Source of the DNA: an uncultured Vicinamibacteraceae bacterium
Lineage (GTDB): Bacteria > Acidobacteriota > Vicinamibacteria > Vicinamibacterales > UBA8438
Direction: 5' to 3'
DNA: 64,000 nucleotides
Assembly: GCA_964342185.1 (NCBI GenBank)
Contig: CAYFER010000013.1
Location: forward strand, 4,598-68,597
Shown: one piece after another, positions 10,739 to 20,104 of the stretch
Layout of the letters: the number at the start of each line of letters is the position of its first letter
Position numbering within the stretch: position 1 is the first letter of the stretch
Translations under genes and position numbers: made by a program
The notes under the pieces: generated by a model
The model's database searches: none
What the model saw: only the letters and a program-made list of their open reading frames with translations
What the model was told of the DNA's origin: nothing

Positions 10739-11269
10739 ATGCGCCATCGAATAGCACACCGGAAGTTGGGGCGGGTAACTGAACACCGCATCGCACTTCT
10801 GCGGAACCAGGCACAGGAACTTTTTCGCCATGAACGCATTAAGACCACGCTGGCGAAGGCGAAAGAACTTCGTCCGTTTGTCGAACAGCTAATTACTGTG
10901 GCGAAGCGCGGAACTGCTGAAGGTGCTGACGGGGTTCGTGCGCTTAATGCCCGTCGACGGGTATCGCGGGATTTAGCGGACCGGGCGGTGGCTCGCAAAC
11001 TATTTGACACCATTGCACCAAGGTTCGCCGACCGGCCAGGCGGCTATACGAGAATTCTAAGAGTTGGTCATCGTCAAGGTGATGCTGTAGAAGTTGCTCA
11101 GCTTGAACTGGTTGGTAGCGAGTATTCGCCTGACGTCGACACTGTTGCTCAATCTGAGACGGGCGAGAACAGTGGTGACCAGGGAGTAGGAAGTCGGCTG
11201 AGACGGGCGGCTAAGCGTATTCGAGGTGGAGCGTCCGAGAGTGACGTCTCAGATACGGAATCGAAATAG
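10739..11269 (+). CDS. rplQ: 50S ribosomal protein L17 (about 50-aa acidic/Ser-rich C-terminal extension)
   Basis: 176 aa, [32 protein letters not shown]. Confidence 0.95.
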   Translation: MRHRIAHRKLGRVTEHRIALLRNQAQELFRHERIKTTLAKAKELRPFVEQLITVAKRGTAEGADGVRALNARRRVSRDLADRAVARKLFDTIAPRFADRPGGYTRILRVGHRQGDAVEVAQLELVGSEYSPDVDTVAQSETGENSGDQGVGSRLRRAAKRIRGGASESDVSDTESK

Positions 11270-11282
11270 TGGTTTCGAATTA

Positions 11283-13385
11283 CTAGTCTGAATCCTCGTC
11301 CTGTTCCTCTCCTCGTTCTGCCTTTATCTCAGCGATGATCTTTGTTTGTAGGTGTGCCGGAACCTCTTCGTAGTGTGAGAATTCCATATGGTATGAACCC
11401 CGAGCGCTCGTTGAGGAAGTTAGCTGTTGCTCGTAGGTCAACATTTCTGCCATTGGCACCTGAGCCTTGATAATAGTTGAGGTTCCGCGTGTCTCCATGC
11501 CGCCTATACGGCCTCGGCGACTGTTCAAGTCTCCCATTAAATCACCAGCGAAGTCGCTAGGGGCTCGAACCTCTACGTCCATCACCGGTTCGAGTATGGT
11601 TGGTTTGGCTCTAGACATCGCGTCACGGAACGCGAGCCGACCAGCCATCTTGAAAGACATCTCGTTTGAATCTACGGCATGGAACTGACCGTCGTAAAGG
11701 GAGACCTCGAAGTCCACCATCGGGTATCCGGCCAAGTAGCCTTTTACTCGCGCCTCCTGAATACCCTTTTCAACAGCCGGGATGAAACCTCTTGGGATCG
11801 ACCCGCCATGGATGTCGTCGACAAAGTTAAAATCTTCTCCTCTGGCTAGAGGTTTCACGCGGATTCGGCAATCGCCGAACTGACCGTGTCCGCCGGATTG
11901 TTTCTTGTGTCGGCCATGTGCTTCGGTTGCTGCTGTTACAGTTTCACGATAAGGAATTCTCGGGAGATTAAGGTTAACCTCGACGCCAAATCTCCGCTTT
12001 AGTTTGGCCACCGTGACTTCAATGTGCAATTGACCTTGCCCTGAAAGTAGAAGCTGACCCGTTTGTGGATCACGAGCGTAACGAATTGTAGGGTCTTCTT
12101 CTTCAAGGCGGTGGACTGACCCTCCAATTTTCTCTTCGTCGCCCCTGTTCTTAGGCTCGATCGCGTACGACAATACCGGTTCCGCAAACTTGATTGCGGC
12201 AAACGAGTGCAGACTACCCTTTGGTGCCAATGTATCCGCTGTTTGGGTTTCTTTAAGTTTCGCAATAGCGCCTAGGTCACCACATTTAATTTCATTGACC
12301 GTTGTCTGCGTCTTGCCTTGAAGCACCGCTAGGCTTCCAAGTCGTTCTGTCGTTTCCCTATTTACGTTGTATACGGCTGTGTCAGACGCAAGGGTACCCG
12401 AGGCAACACGAAACAGGTTGATTCGACCAGCAAATGGGTCTGCTATGGTCTTCCAGACAAACGCTGTTGCCGGCGCATCATCTCCAACGTCGTAAGTTAC
12501 GGGCTCACCACTCTCTGAGCCTACGGCCGGGAGAGGATGTTCATCGGGTGAGGGCACATATGCTCTAATCGTATCGAGTACAGGATGTACAGCGATATTG
12601 GTAACAGCCGATGAGCAGACCAGCGGAAAGATTCGACGATTGATAACAGCAGTTCGCAAGCCCTGCTCAAGTTCTGACTGCGTCAATGTTCCGGCTTCGA
12701 AGAAACGCTCCATTAAGGCGTCATCAGCTTCGGCTACCATCTCGATAAGCGATTCTCTCGCACTGTTCACAGCATCAGCCATGGTTTCAGGAATTTCACT
12801 TGCCGAAGGTTTTCCGTCTCCATTGTTAGAGAAGTTCATGGCTTTCATCGATACCAAATCGACCACACCTGAAAAGGACTGTTCTTCTCCAATAGGTAGC
12901 TGAATTGGAACGATTTCTCGACCACAGACCTCATGTAGCGAGGCAAGTGATCGGTCCAGACTGGCACGCTCTCGGTCGAGTCGGTTGAGCACGACAAGAA
13001 GAGGTAAGTCCATTTCTTCGGCAATGCTCCATACCTTTTCAGTCTGAACCTCGACCCCTGCGACCGCATCGATTACTAGGACTGCTGCATCCGCAACACG
13101 CATGGCAGCTCGCGTGTCGCTCATAAAATTTGCAATTCCAGGTGTGTCAATCAGATTGATTTTTACTTTGTCCCATTCCGCGAAGGCGAGGCTAGATGCC
13201 AAGGTGTGTTTTCGCTCGATCTCTTCTTCGTCGAAATCGGTGACTGTTGTACCGTCATCGACCATGCCCAGACGAGTGACCGCTCCTGCATCGAATAGCA
13301 TCGCGGAGGCCAGTTGCGTTTTACCAGACCCGCTGTGGCCAACCAGTGCAACATTTCTGATGTTCGCCCCGGTATACACCTTCAT
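11283..13385 (-). CDS. elongation factor G paralog (EF-G2 type)
   Basis: 700 aa, five-domain EF-G layout (GRHKKQSGGHGQFGD, HAVDSNEMSFKMA). G1 is GHSGSGKT, G3 is DTPGIANF, G4 is NRLD. From memory it resembles Thermus EF-G-2 rather than canonical FusA. Confidence 0.85.
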   Translation of the reverse strand: MKVYTGANIRNVALVGHSGSGKTQLASAMLFDAGAVTRLGMVDDGTTVTDFDEEEIERKHTLASSLAFAEWDKVKINLIDTPGIANFMSDTRAAMRVADAAVLVIDAVAGVEVQTEKVWSIAEEMDLPLLVVLNRLDRERASLDRSLASLHEVCGREIVPIQLPIGEEQSFSGVVDLVSMKAMNFSNNGDGKPSASEIPETMADAVNSARESLIEMVAEADDALMERFFEAGTLTQSELEQGLRTAVINRRIFPLVCSSAVTNIAVHPVLDTIRAYVPSPDEHPLPAVGSESGEPVTYDVGDDAPATAFVWKTIADPFAGRINLFRVASGTLASDTAVYNVNRETTERLGSLAVLQGKTQTTVNEIKCGDLGAIAKLKETQTADTLAPKGSLHSFAAIKFAEPVLSYAIEPKNRGDEEKIGGSVHRLEEEDPTIRYARDPQTGQLLLSGQGQLHIEVTVAKLKRRFGVEVNLNLPRIPYRETVTAATEAHGRHKKQSGGHGQFGDCRIRVKPLARGEDFNFVDDIHGGSIPRGFIPAVEKGIQEARVKGYLAGYPMVDFEVSLYDGQFHAVDSNEMSFKMAGRLAFRDAMSRAKPTILEPVMDVEVRAPSDFAGDLMGDLNSRRGRIGGMETRGTSTIIKAQVPMAEMLTYEQQLTSSTSARGSYHMEFSHYEEVPAHLQTKIIAEIKAERGEEQDEDSD

Positions 13386-13467
13386 GAATCGACTCCCTTC
13401 AGTTGCACTAATCCATGATCGTAGTCGACCATCACGGTTGACTCAAGTCCCGTTCACACTTTGGCGA

Positions 13468-14760
13468 CTATTCGTAGCGAAGGGCGTCAATCGGGTCTAG
13501 GCCTGAGGCGCGAACGGCCGGAAAAAGTCCGAAAATTATCCCGACTGACGCAGAGAAACCGATGCCGATCGCAAAGGACCACCACGGAAGTGACAATGGA
13601 AAGCCAGTTGCAAAATGCACAGCTACGCCTATGCCACTTCCTAGTAAGACCCCAAGTACGCCTCCAATAGCAGTTAAGAACACGGCTTCGAGTAAGAATT
13701 GCCAGAGGATCTCTCGTCGTCTTGCTCCGATTGCTCGGCGCGTCCCGATCTCTCTCGTCCTTTCTTTGACGGAGATGGTCATGATCGCCATAACGCCGAT
13801 TCCGCCTACCATCAGTGCGATCGAAGAAATGGACACGAGGGCGAGATAGGTCGCTTGGCTGATCTGGTCCCAAAGCCTAAGAATGGAGTCCTGTGTCATA
13901 AGATCGAAATCGTTGGGTTCGTCTAGACTTAGTCCGTGGCGAATACGCATGATGCTTTCGACATCACGCATGGCGTCATCCCGTTCGACGTTTTCGTTCG
14001 GAATTACGGCGAGAAGAATACTCGTAAGACTTCCTCGACGGGCTCGGGTGACACGGATACCAAACTGTTTTTGGTATGAAGTGTGCGGAATGATTGCGAC
14101 GTCATCCTGCCCGACATTGAGACCACCGAGGCTGGCTCTGGGTCCGATTACACCAATAACCGTATAGGGTTGGGAATCGACGCGCACCGTTCTGCCGATC
14201 GGGTCAATGTTTGAGAACAACGCTTGAAGGGGAGTTTGTCCGATCACGATTACTCGGCGCCGTTGTCTTACTTCAGCTTCGGTGAAGAATCGGCCCATAT
14301 CGACATCGAGATTATTAACATCGGCGTAGTTTTCAGTCGATCCTAGAATAGTCAGGTTCTTGGTTCGTTCGCCGTCGTAGACCAAACGAGCTTGGGTGGG
14401 TGGACCGCCTTCTCCTAAGACAACTCCGACACTATCGATTGTGGGGGCCAAACGTTCAATCGCTTCGGCATCATCCGGTGTGAGACTGGGGCGTCTCATT
14501 AATTCTGAAAAGTCATCACCCGCCGCAAGACTAATACCTGAAAACTGCGCAAGGAAAATCGTGTCGGGACCGACCGCGGAGATAGTCTCACGTAGAGATT
14601 CATCAAAACCGCGAATCATGGATGTCATTCCGACAATTGACGTGATGCCGATGACTACGCCGAGCACTGTCAACCCAGACCGCATCTTCTGAGTTCGAAT
14701 CGTATCGAGGGACATCACGAAGATCTCTCGAAATAAGCCGATTTGTATGGTGCGTAGCAT
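13468..14760 (-). CDS. ABC transporter permease, MacB/FtsX family
   Basis: 430 aa: N-terminal TM, large periplasmic domain, then VKERTREIGTRRAIGARRREI and three C-terminal TMs. Confidence 0.88.
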   Translation of the reverse strand: MLRTIQIGLFREIFVMSLDTIRTQKMRSGLTVLGVVIGITSIVGMTSMIRGFDESLRETISAVGPDTIFLAQFSGISLAAGDDFSELMRRPSLTPDDAEAIERLAPTIDSVGVVLGEGGPPTQARLVYDGERTKNLTILGSTENYADVNNLDVDMGRFFTEAEVRQRRRVIVIGQTPLQALFSNIDPIGRTVRVDSQPYTVIGVIGPRASLGGLNVGQDDVAIIPHTSYQKQFGIRVTRARRGSLTSILLAVIPNENVERDDAMRDVESIMRIRHGLSLDEPNDFDLMTQDSILRLWDQISQATYLALVSISSIALMVGGIGVMAIMTISVKERTREIGTRRAIGARRREILWQFLLEAVFLTAIGGVLGVLLGSGIGVAVHFATGFPLSLPWWSFAIGIGFSASVGIIFGLFPAVRASGLDPIDALRYE

Positions 14761-14761
14761 G

Positions 14762-15991
14762 TCAGGCGCGACCTAAGGCGTCGATTGGGTCAAGGGCGGC
14801 CGCCTTTGAGGCGGGGTAAATACCAAAAAAGAGGCCGACAACGGCCGTTAAGGTGATTGCCAGCACGATCGACCACACATGCACTGACGCAGGCACAGGT
14901 GCTAGACGGTCAATCATTGTGGCAGCACCTGCGCCAAGCGCTGTACCAATAATGCCACCAAGTAGTGAGAGTGCGACAGATTCGGACAGAACTTGCCACA
15001 TGATGTCTACGCGCCGTGCACCTAGGGCCTTTCTAAGACCAATCTCACGGGTACGTTCTGAAACCGCCATCAACATGATGTTCATGATCACGATTCCCGC
15101 CACGACAAGCGCGAGACCAACGACTCCTACCAAGACGGCAAAAATGCCGGTGGTCGCCTGGTTGTAGAGATCGAGAGCCGTATCGGACGTAAAGATTCCA
15201 AAGTTGTTGTCTTCTCTCGTCCGAAGACGTCGCTCAATACGGAGTGCCACAATGGCGTCATCCATGGAACGGTCGATCTGGCTTGGATCCGTTGGTCGAA
15301 CCATCAACGACAGCCCGGTCCGGCTGCCGAATAATCGTTGGTAGGCTCCTAATGGGACTACGATGAATTCGTCGAGAGATCGCCCAAACATTGACCCTTT
15401 CTGTTGACTAACACCGACCACTCTAAAGTGAACACCTTGGACCGTGATTGTGCGGTCTAAGGGGTTCGCATTTTCAAATAATCGATCTGCAGTGGCCCAA
15501 CCCAATAGCGCGACGTTTCGCCTGTTTCTCACCTCACTACGTGTCGGTAGTCGTCCTTGTTCGGCATCAAACTCAGGAAACCGGTTAAAGTCTTCTGTTA
15601 CACCTCGAATTTGCACACTCTCCAACGTATGTTCGCCAAACCGGACTTCTCCGCTTCGAGTCCCATGGGCAATGACCGCCGCAAATGCGCCATCCGATTC
15701 TTTGAGCGCCTCAAAGTCGTCAAGGTTTATTCGGGGGTTGCCACGAGCTTCTTCTCGTTCTTCTTCGCTTGTAACGATGCCAACGCGTTCGATGATAAAG
15801 GCATCGGCACCGACTTCCGTGAGAATAATATTTGTAACTTCGTCAGTAATACCTTGAATCAGTGAGACCAAGGTTACGATTGATCCCACAGCAACGATGT
15901 TTCCTAGAATCGTCAGGAAGGAACGAAGCTTGTTAGCCCAGATTGCACCGAGGGCGACCCGGATCATTTCGATGATCAGCCGTGCGCCCAT
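14762..15991 (-). CDS. ABC transporter permease, MacB/FtsX family (paralog of the neighbouring gene)
   Basis: 409 aa, same architecture, VSERTREIGLRKALGARRVDI; 1-nt gap to the next permease. Confidence 0.88.
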   Translation of the reverse strand: MGARLIIEMIRVALGAIWANKLRSFLTILGNIVAVGSIVTLVSLIQGITDEVTNIILTEVGADAFIIERVGIVTSEEEREEARGNPRINLDDFEALKESDGAFAAVIAHGTRSGEVRFGEHTLESVQIRGVTEDFNRFPEFDAEQGRLPTRSEVRNRRNVALLGWATADRLFENANPLDRTITVQGVHFRVVGVSQQKGSMFGRSLDEFIVVPLGAYQRLFGSRTGLSLMVRPTDPSQIDRSMDDAIVALRIERRLRTREDNNFGIFTSDTALDLYNQATTGIFAVLVGVVGLALVVAGIVIMNIMLMAVSERTREIGLRKALGARRVDIMWQVLSESVALSLLGGIIGTALGAGAATMIDRLAPVPASVHVWSIVLAITLTAVVGLFFGIYPASKAAALDPIDALGRA

Positions 15992-16000
15992 TTTCTAATT

Positions 16001-17386
16001 CTAGAAAAGGCGACCAAGTCTGCTACCTTTTTCGCCGCCAAAGAAGAAACCAGACTGGCCTGATTCATCATCTCTGAGTCGGACTGCGCTTCCGTCGTCA
16101 AGAGTGCGCACGACGTTGAAGGGACCGGTGACAACCAGGTCTCCTTCACGGAGACCAGCTAAGGTCTCGAAGTAGCGTTCGCCAGCGATTCCTGTGACGA
16201 CTGGAGTGAACTGGACGGTGTTTTCACGAAATACGAACACACCTTCAATTTCTTGGGTTACATCGATTGGTGCCGTAAGTGTGGAAGCCGAGATTCTTGG
16301 AGTGACACCGTTGGCTGCGCCACCGGGTGTAGCACGGATAATCTGTCCCTGGCTGTCGACTGTTACTTCGCGTACGGTTGTTGCTTGAATCGGCACCGAT
16401 ATCGCATCCGTTCGTTCCGCTGTGGTTATGTCTGCCGTACATGTGAAACCCGGTCGAACGTCTGGGACGTCCTCGTCGAGCGTTACAATCACTTTAAAAT
16501 TAGTCGCTTGTGACGCATTCTGCGTACTGTCCTGAATAGGGCTGTTTCCGATTTCGGTGACCCTGCCTCGAAATATTTGGTTAGGCAACGCATCGATTTC
16601 GATTTCCGCTTGCTGACCAAGTCGGACATCCGGAATGTCAGTTTCGTCTACTTCTAGTTCGGCTTCAAGGATCCCAAAGTCCGCAATCGTCAGTAAAACG
16701 GTTCCGGGGTTGTTCATCGTCCCGACTACAACCGTCTCGCCCTCTTCTATGTTTCGGCGGGTAACAATGCCGTCAATTGGCGAAACTAGGGTAAGTTCTG
16801 ACAGATCGTAGCGTGCACTGTCCAGTGTGGCTCGTTCTTGATTAACGCGTTGTTCGGCAGTCGAGACATCTACTTCTCGCGCTTCAAGTTCCGTTTCCCG
16901 CAACTGAACTTCGGAGAGAGCTTGATCAAAGATTTCACGAGAAACCAGTCGCAGATCCCATAGTTCTCGTTGCCGCTCGAGATTATCTCTGGCTAGTTCG
17001 AGGTTGACCCTGGCTGTGGTAACGGCGACCTTGGCTTGTTCTTGCGCCGACGAAGATGCTTCCAGAGATGCTTCGCCGCGTTCAACGATGGACTGTAAAG
17101 ATTCCGGGTCAATCTGCAGAAGAAACTGGCCGGCGGCAACCCGGTCTCCCTCATTGACAGATAGTTGCGTCACTCGTCCCATGACGTTTGCACTGATATC
17201 AACGGTCAACTGAGGTTCAATCGTCCCTGAGGCAGACACCAAAGCTTGCAGATTTCTCCTCAATATGGGTTCAGCCTCCACCTCTGGAATTTCAGCGCTC
17301 CAAAAGGAACGGTAGCCGAAATAAATACTCCCGCCCGCGACGGTAACTAATAGTGCGATAATTAATGACTTCAGTGATTTACTCAC
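16001..17386 (-). CDS. HlyD/MacA-type periplasmic adaptor (membrane fusion protein)
   Basis: 461 aa: N-terminal anchor, lipoyl-like segment, long coiled-coil (ARVNLELARDNLERQRELW...), beta-barrel part. GTG start without an obvious Shine-Dalgarno. Confidence 0.85.
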   Translation of the reverse strand: MSKSLKSLIIALLVTVAGGSIYFGYRSFWSAEIPEVEAEPILRRNLQALVSASGTIEPQLTVDISANVMGRVTQLSVNEGDRVAAGQFLLQIDPESLQSIVERGEASLEASSSAQEQAKVAVTTARVNLELARDNLERQRELWDLRLVSREIFDQALSEVQLRETELEAREVDVSTAEQRVNQERATLDSARYDLSELTLVSPIDGIVTRRNIEEGETVVVGTMNNPGTVLLTIADFGILEAELEVDETDIPDVRLGQQAEIEIDALPNQIFRGRVTEIGNSPIQDSTQNASQATNFKVIVTLDEDVPDVRPGFTCTADITTAERTDAISVPIQATTVREVTVDSQGQIIRATPGGAANGVTPRISASTLTAPIDVTQEIEGVFVFRENTVQFTPVVTGIAGERYFETLAGLREGDLVVTGPFNVVRTLDDGSAVRLRDDESGQSGFFFGGEKGSRLGRLF

Positions 17387-17665
17387 AAATATATCCAGTT
17401 TGGATTTTACACTCCTTTGACGGTCAGTGCCCGGTAAACGTAACGTTAGTGTTAACTGTGAGTTACAAAGACAACGGTTTCTTTTCAGCTCTTGATGCTC
17501 TTAGCAGGAAAGATTATCGATTGTGACCAAATAATGCTTTTGGAGTAGTTTTCACTAACATCAAGTTTTCCGTGACTTCTTAATCTAAGTTTGTGGTTAT
17601 TTCAGACTGCACTTACGGAGATATCTGATGGTGACAGAGACCTTACTCAGCGGAACCGGGTTCTC

Positions 17666-17694
17666 TTGACAGTGTTGGATTGGTTAAATAGCAT
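17666..17694 (+). promoter_or_regulatory. candidate sigma70-type promoter for pdaD
   Basis: TTGACA (17666-17671), 17-nt spacer, TAGCAT (17689-17694), about 60 nt upstream of the GTG start. Confidence 0.35.
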
Positions 17695-17756
17695 GCGTTC
17701 CGCCGTATTTGTGGCATGCTGTGTGTTCGTTTAATTCGTAACTTCTGGAGTACAAC

Positions 17757-18308
17757 GTGGTTGGGTTTGTTCCTGCAGAACTATTCTTCACAAAAGGAGT
17801 GGGTCAGCATCGCGAAAAGCTGACCTCGTTTGAACTTGCGTTACGAGCAGCTGGCATCGCGGCGTGTAATTTGGTTCGTGTTTCGAGCATCTTTCCCCCA
17901 GGTTGTAAGATCCTGTCTAGGACAGAGGGTGTTCGTCGATTGCAGCCGGGTCAAGTTACGTTCGTCGTCATGTCTGAGACTGCGACCCGTGAGCCTCACC
18001 GTTTAATTGCGGCCACCGTTGGCGTTGCCATTCCTCGTGACAAGAAACTGTTTGGCTATTTATCGGAGCATCACAGTTTTGGCGAGAATGAGAAGACGGC
18101 CGGCGACTATGCAGAGGATTTGGCAGCCGAGATGTTGGCGACGACTTTGGGCCTTGACTTCGATCCTGACAAGAGTTGGGACGAGAAGAGAGAAGTTTAC
18201 CGACTATCAAATAAGATCGTACGCACGCAAAATGTGACTCAGACCGCGGTGGGTAGTAACAAGGGCCTATGGACAACTGTAATTGCCGCCGCGGTAATAG
18301 TCGGTTAG
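17757..18308 (+). CDS. pdaD: pyruvoyl-dependent arginine decarboxylase
   Basis: 183 aa, FFTKGVGQHREKLTSFELALRAAGIAACNLVRVSSIFPP with the Ser-Ser self-cleavage site. GGAG lies 6 nt before the GTG. Confidence 0.88.
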   Translation: MVGFVPAELFFTKGVGQHREKLTSFELALRAAGIAACNLVRVSSIFPPGCKILSRTEGVRRLQPGQVTFVVMSETATREPHRLIAATVGVAIPRDKKLFGYLSEHHSFGENEKTAGDYAEDLAAEMLATTLGLDFDPDKSWDEKREVYRLSNKIVRTQNVTQTAVGSNKGLWTTVIAAAVIVG

Positions 18309-19360
18309 TCCTACGTTCTTTCTCAAACGACCTAGTGCAAACCCGACTTGCTGTCATTGTTCTCTTAGTCGGCTCGATATCGACGGTTCCCGTGGCAGCT
18401 CAAGAATGGGAATCGCTCGGCACTCGGGCACTGGGGCTGGCTGGTGCCTTTGTTGCTGTTGCTGATGATGCGACCGCTGCCTATTGGAATCCTGCAGGTC
18501 TGTCCACAGGATCAGTATTCAGTCTTTTGTTTGATCACGCTGTTACAGAAACTCTCACCGACCGGTCCAGAGTAGCTTCACCTGGAACTGCTAGGGCAGG
18601 AACGATCATCGGTATGTCAACGAATACAACGGCTTTGTCATATTATCGGTTGGTCATTGACCAGGTTGAGGATTACCAATTGGGTAGAGGCACTGGTTCT
18701 GAAACCAGTAAAGAACGTGACTCACGACAAAGAACTCTTCGCTCTCTTGTTACCCATAACTTAGCTTTGACTCGCGCGACATTTTTTGGCTCTGGCTTCA
18801 GTGTCGGTTCTACTGTTCGCTATGTCAGGAGCTCAGTGGGAGTCAATGTACTAGGGACTAATATTCCGACTGCACGAGCTCTACATCAGACTATAGGACA
18901 AGGAACACACAGCCAAAATCATTACGACTTAGATGTTGGTTTGAAGACTGGCGGACCAAAGTTTCAGCTTGGGTTGGTCGCCAGAAACTTACGGAATCCT
19001 CGTCTCGGTGTGCCTGGTGAGTCCGCGTTTCGGTTAGGCCGGCAGGTTAGGACAGGTCTAGCGGTTCGTCCTGCCGGAGGATTGTTAGTGACGGCAGATG
19101 TCGATTTAAGTCCTCTTTCAGCTTTTGGTGGTGATCTTAGAAATATGGCTGTTGGTGCCGAGAAGCGGTTTGGGACGTGGCTGGCGGTTCGAGGTGGTGC
19201 GCGTATCAACGTAGACGACGTTTGGACGAATCCAGCAACTGTAGTGGCGTTTGGATTTAGTATGGCACTAACTACTGGAATATTTGTTGATGGGCAATGG
19301 ACGCGAGGCCGAGCCGGAACTGAAAATGGATGGAGTGCAGCCGGACGATTCAGTTACTGA
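18269..19360 (+). CDS. outer-membrane beta-barrel protein (FadL/PorV-like N-terminal motif)
   Basis: Signal peptide RLAVIVLLVGSISTVPVAAQ, then GTRALGLAGAFVAVADDATAAYWNPAGL, alternating beta-strand pattern, aromatic C-terminus RFSY. ATG 18269 overlaps pdaD by 40 nt; GTG 18335 is an alternative start. Confidence 0.7.
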   Translation: MDNCNCRRGNSRLVLRSFSNDLVQTRLAVIVLLVGSISTVPVAAQEWESLGTRALGLAGAFVAVADDATAAYWNPAGLSTGSVFSLLFDHAVTETLTDRSRVASPGTARAGTIIGMSTNTTALSYYRLVIDQVEDYQLGRGTGSETSKERDSRQRTLRSLVTHNLALTRATFFGSGFSVGSTVRYVRSSVGVNVLGTNIPTARALHQTIGQGTHSQNHYDLDVGLKTGGPKFQLGLVARNLRNPRLGVPGESAFRLGRQVRTGLAVRPAGGLLVTADVDLSPLSAFGGDLRNMAVGAEKRFGTWLAVRGGARINVDDVWTNPATVVAFGFSMALTTGIFVDGQWTRGRAGTENGWSAAGRFSY

Positions 19361-19462
19361 ATTTATGTCTTGGACGTGTTATCTATTCGTGACTGAAGGG
19401 TGCCAGGCCCGAATTTATCGTCACAGCATTTGCTCGTAGGCTGTGTGAAGGAGAGCTAATAT

Positions 19463-19981
19463 ATGAGAATACGGAGCCGAGTCGACGGGTTTACCCTTAT
19501 CGAGTTATTGATCGTTGTGGCGATCATTTCAATAATTGCCGCGTTTGCCGTACCCAATCTGCTCAGGGCACGTATAACCGGCATTGAAGCGTCTGCTATT
19601 CAGTCTCTGAGGGCTATTAATAGCGCTCAGTCCCTGTACGCAGCTAGTTGTGGGAATGGATTCTTTGCTCCAACGCTGACTGATTTGGCAGCATCACCCG
19701 CCCGAGGAGGTGATGGCTTTATTGGTCCAGACCTCGGCAGAGACCCTTCACTTAAGAGTGGCTACATTGTGACTATGACTGGTGGTACCCCTGTGAACGG
19801 AGCACCTTCGTCATGTAACGGTATTACTGTTGTATCAACCTATTTTGTTAGTGCCGATCCCTCAATTGAAGATGGCGCGCGTCATTTTGGGACCAACCAG
19901 AGCGGCACGATATTTCAGGCCAACGATTCTGTTAGGGTTACCCAGACTGGAGTTCCGAACGGCGCTGCACCGATTCAATAG
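19463..19981 (+). CDS. type IV pilin-like / pseudopilin protein
   Basis: 172 aa, prepilin leader ending in G then FTLIELLIVVAIISIIAA (Glu5 present); two Cys (63, 118). Strong Shine-Dalgarno GAAGGAGAG. Confidence 0.88.
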   Translation: MRIRSRVDGFTLIELLIVVAIISIIAAFAVPNLLRARITGIEASAIQSLRAINSAQSLYAASCGNGFFAPTLTDLAASPARGGDGFIGPDLGRDPSLKSGYIVTMTGGTPVNGAPSSCNGITVVSTYFVSADPSIEDGARHFGTNQSGTIFQANDSVRVTQTGVPNGAAPIQ

Positions 19982-20104
19982 TGCTGCAATGCAAAACTGG
20001 TAAGACGCTCACCCGCGAGGTGGTATTCGATTTCTTTGTTCTCTATGTTTTTGAACCGGCGATATTACGAAGACTTGGCCAAATTATGACAGCCCTATCG
20101 ATAT

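Noticed and set aside
65-11013. Numerous 60-180 aa ORFs antisense to or frame-shifted within the ribosomal protein genes (for example 65-376 -, 265-618 -, 1309-1644 -, 8596-9138 -, 10537-11013 -).
   Set aside because: They overlap strongly supported r-protein, secY or rpoA genes almost completely. Their translations are Arg/Ser/Cys-rich and low-complexity, with no recognisable motifs. They are shadow ORFs.
11257-11282. TCGAAA-N6-TTTCGA hairpin covering the rplQ stop codon and ending just upstream of the EF-G2 stop, considered as a bidirectional terminator.
   Set aside because: The stem has only 6 mostly A/T base pairs, and there is no U-tract on either strand. It is too weak to call.
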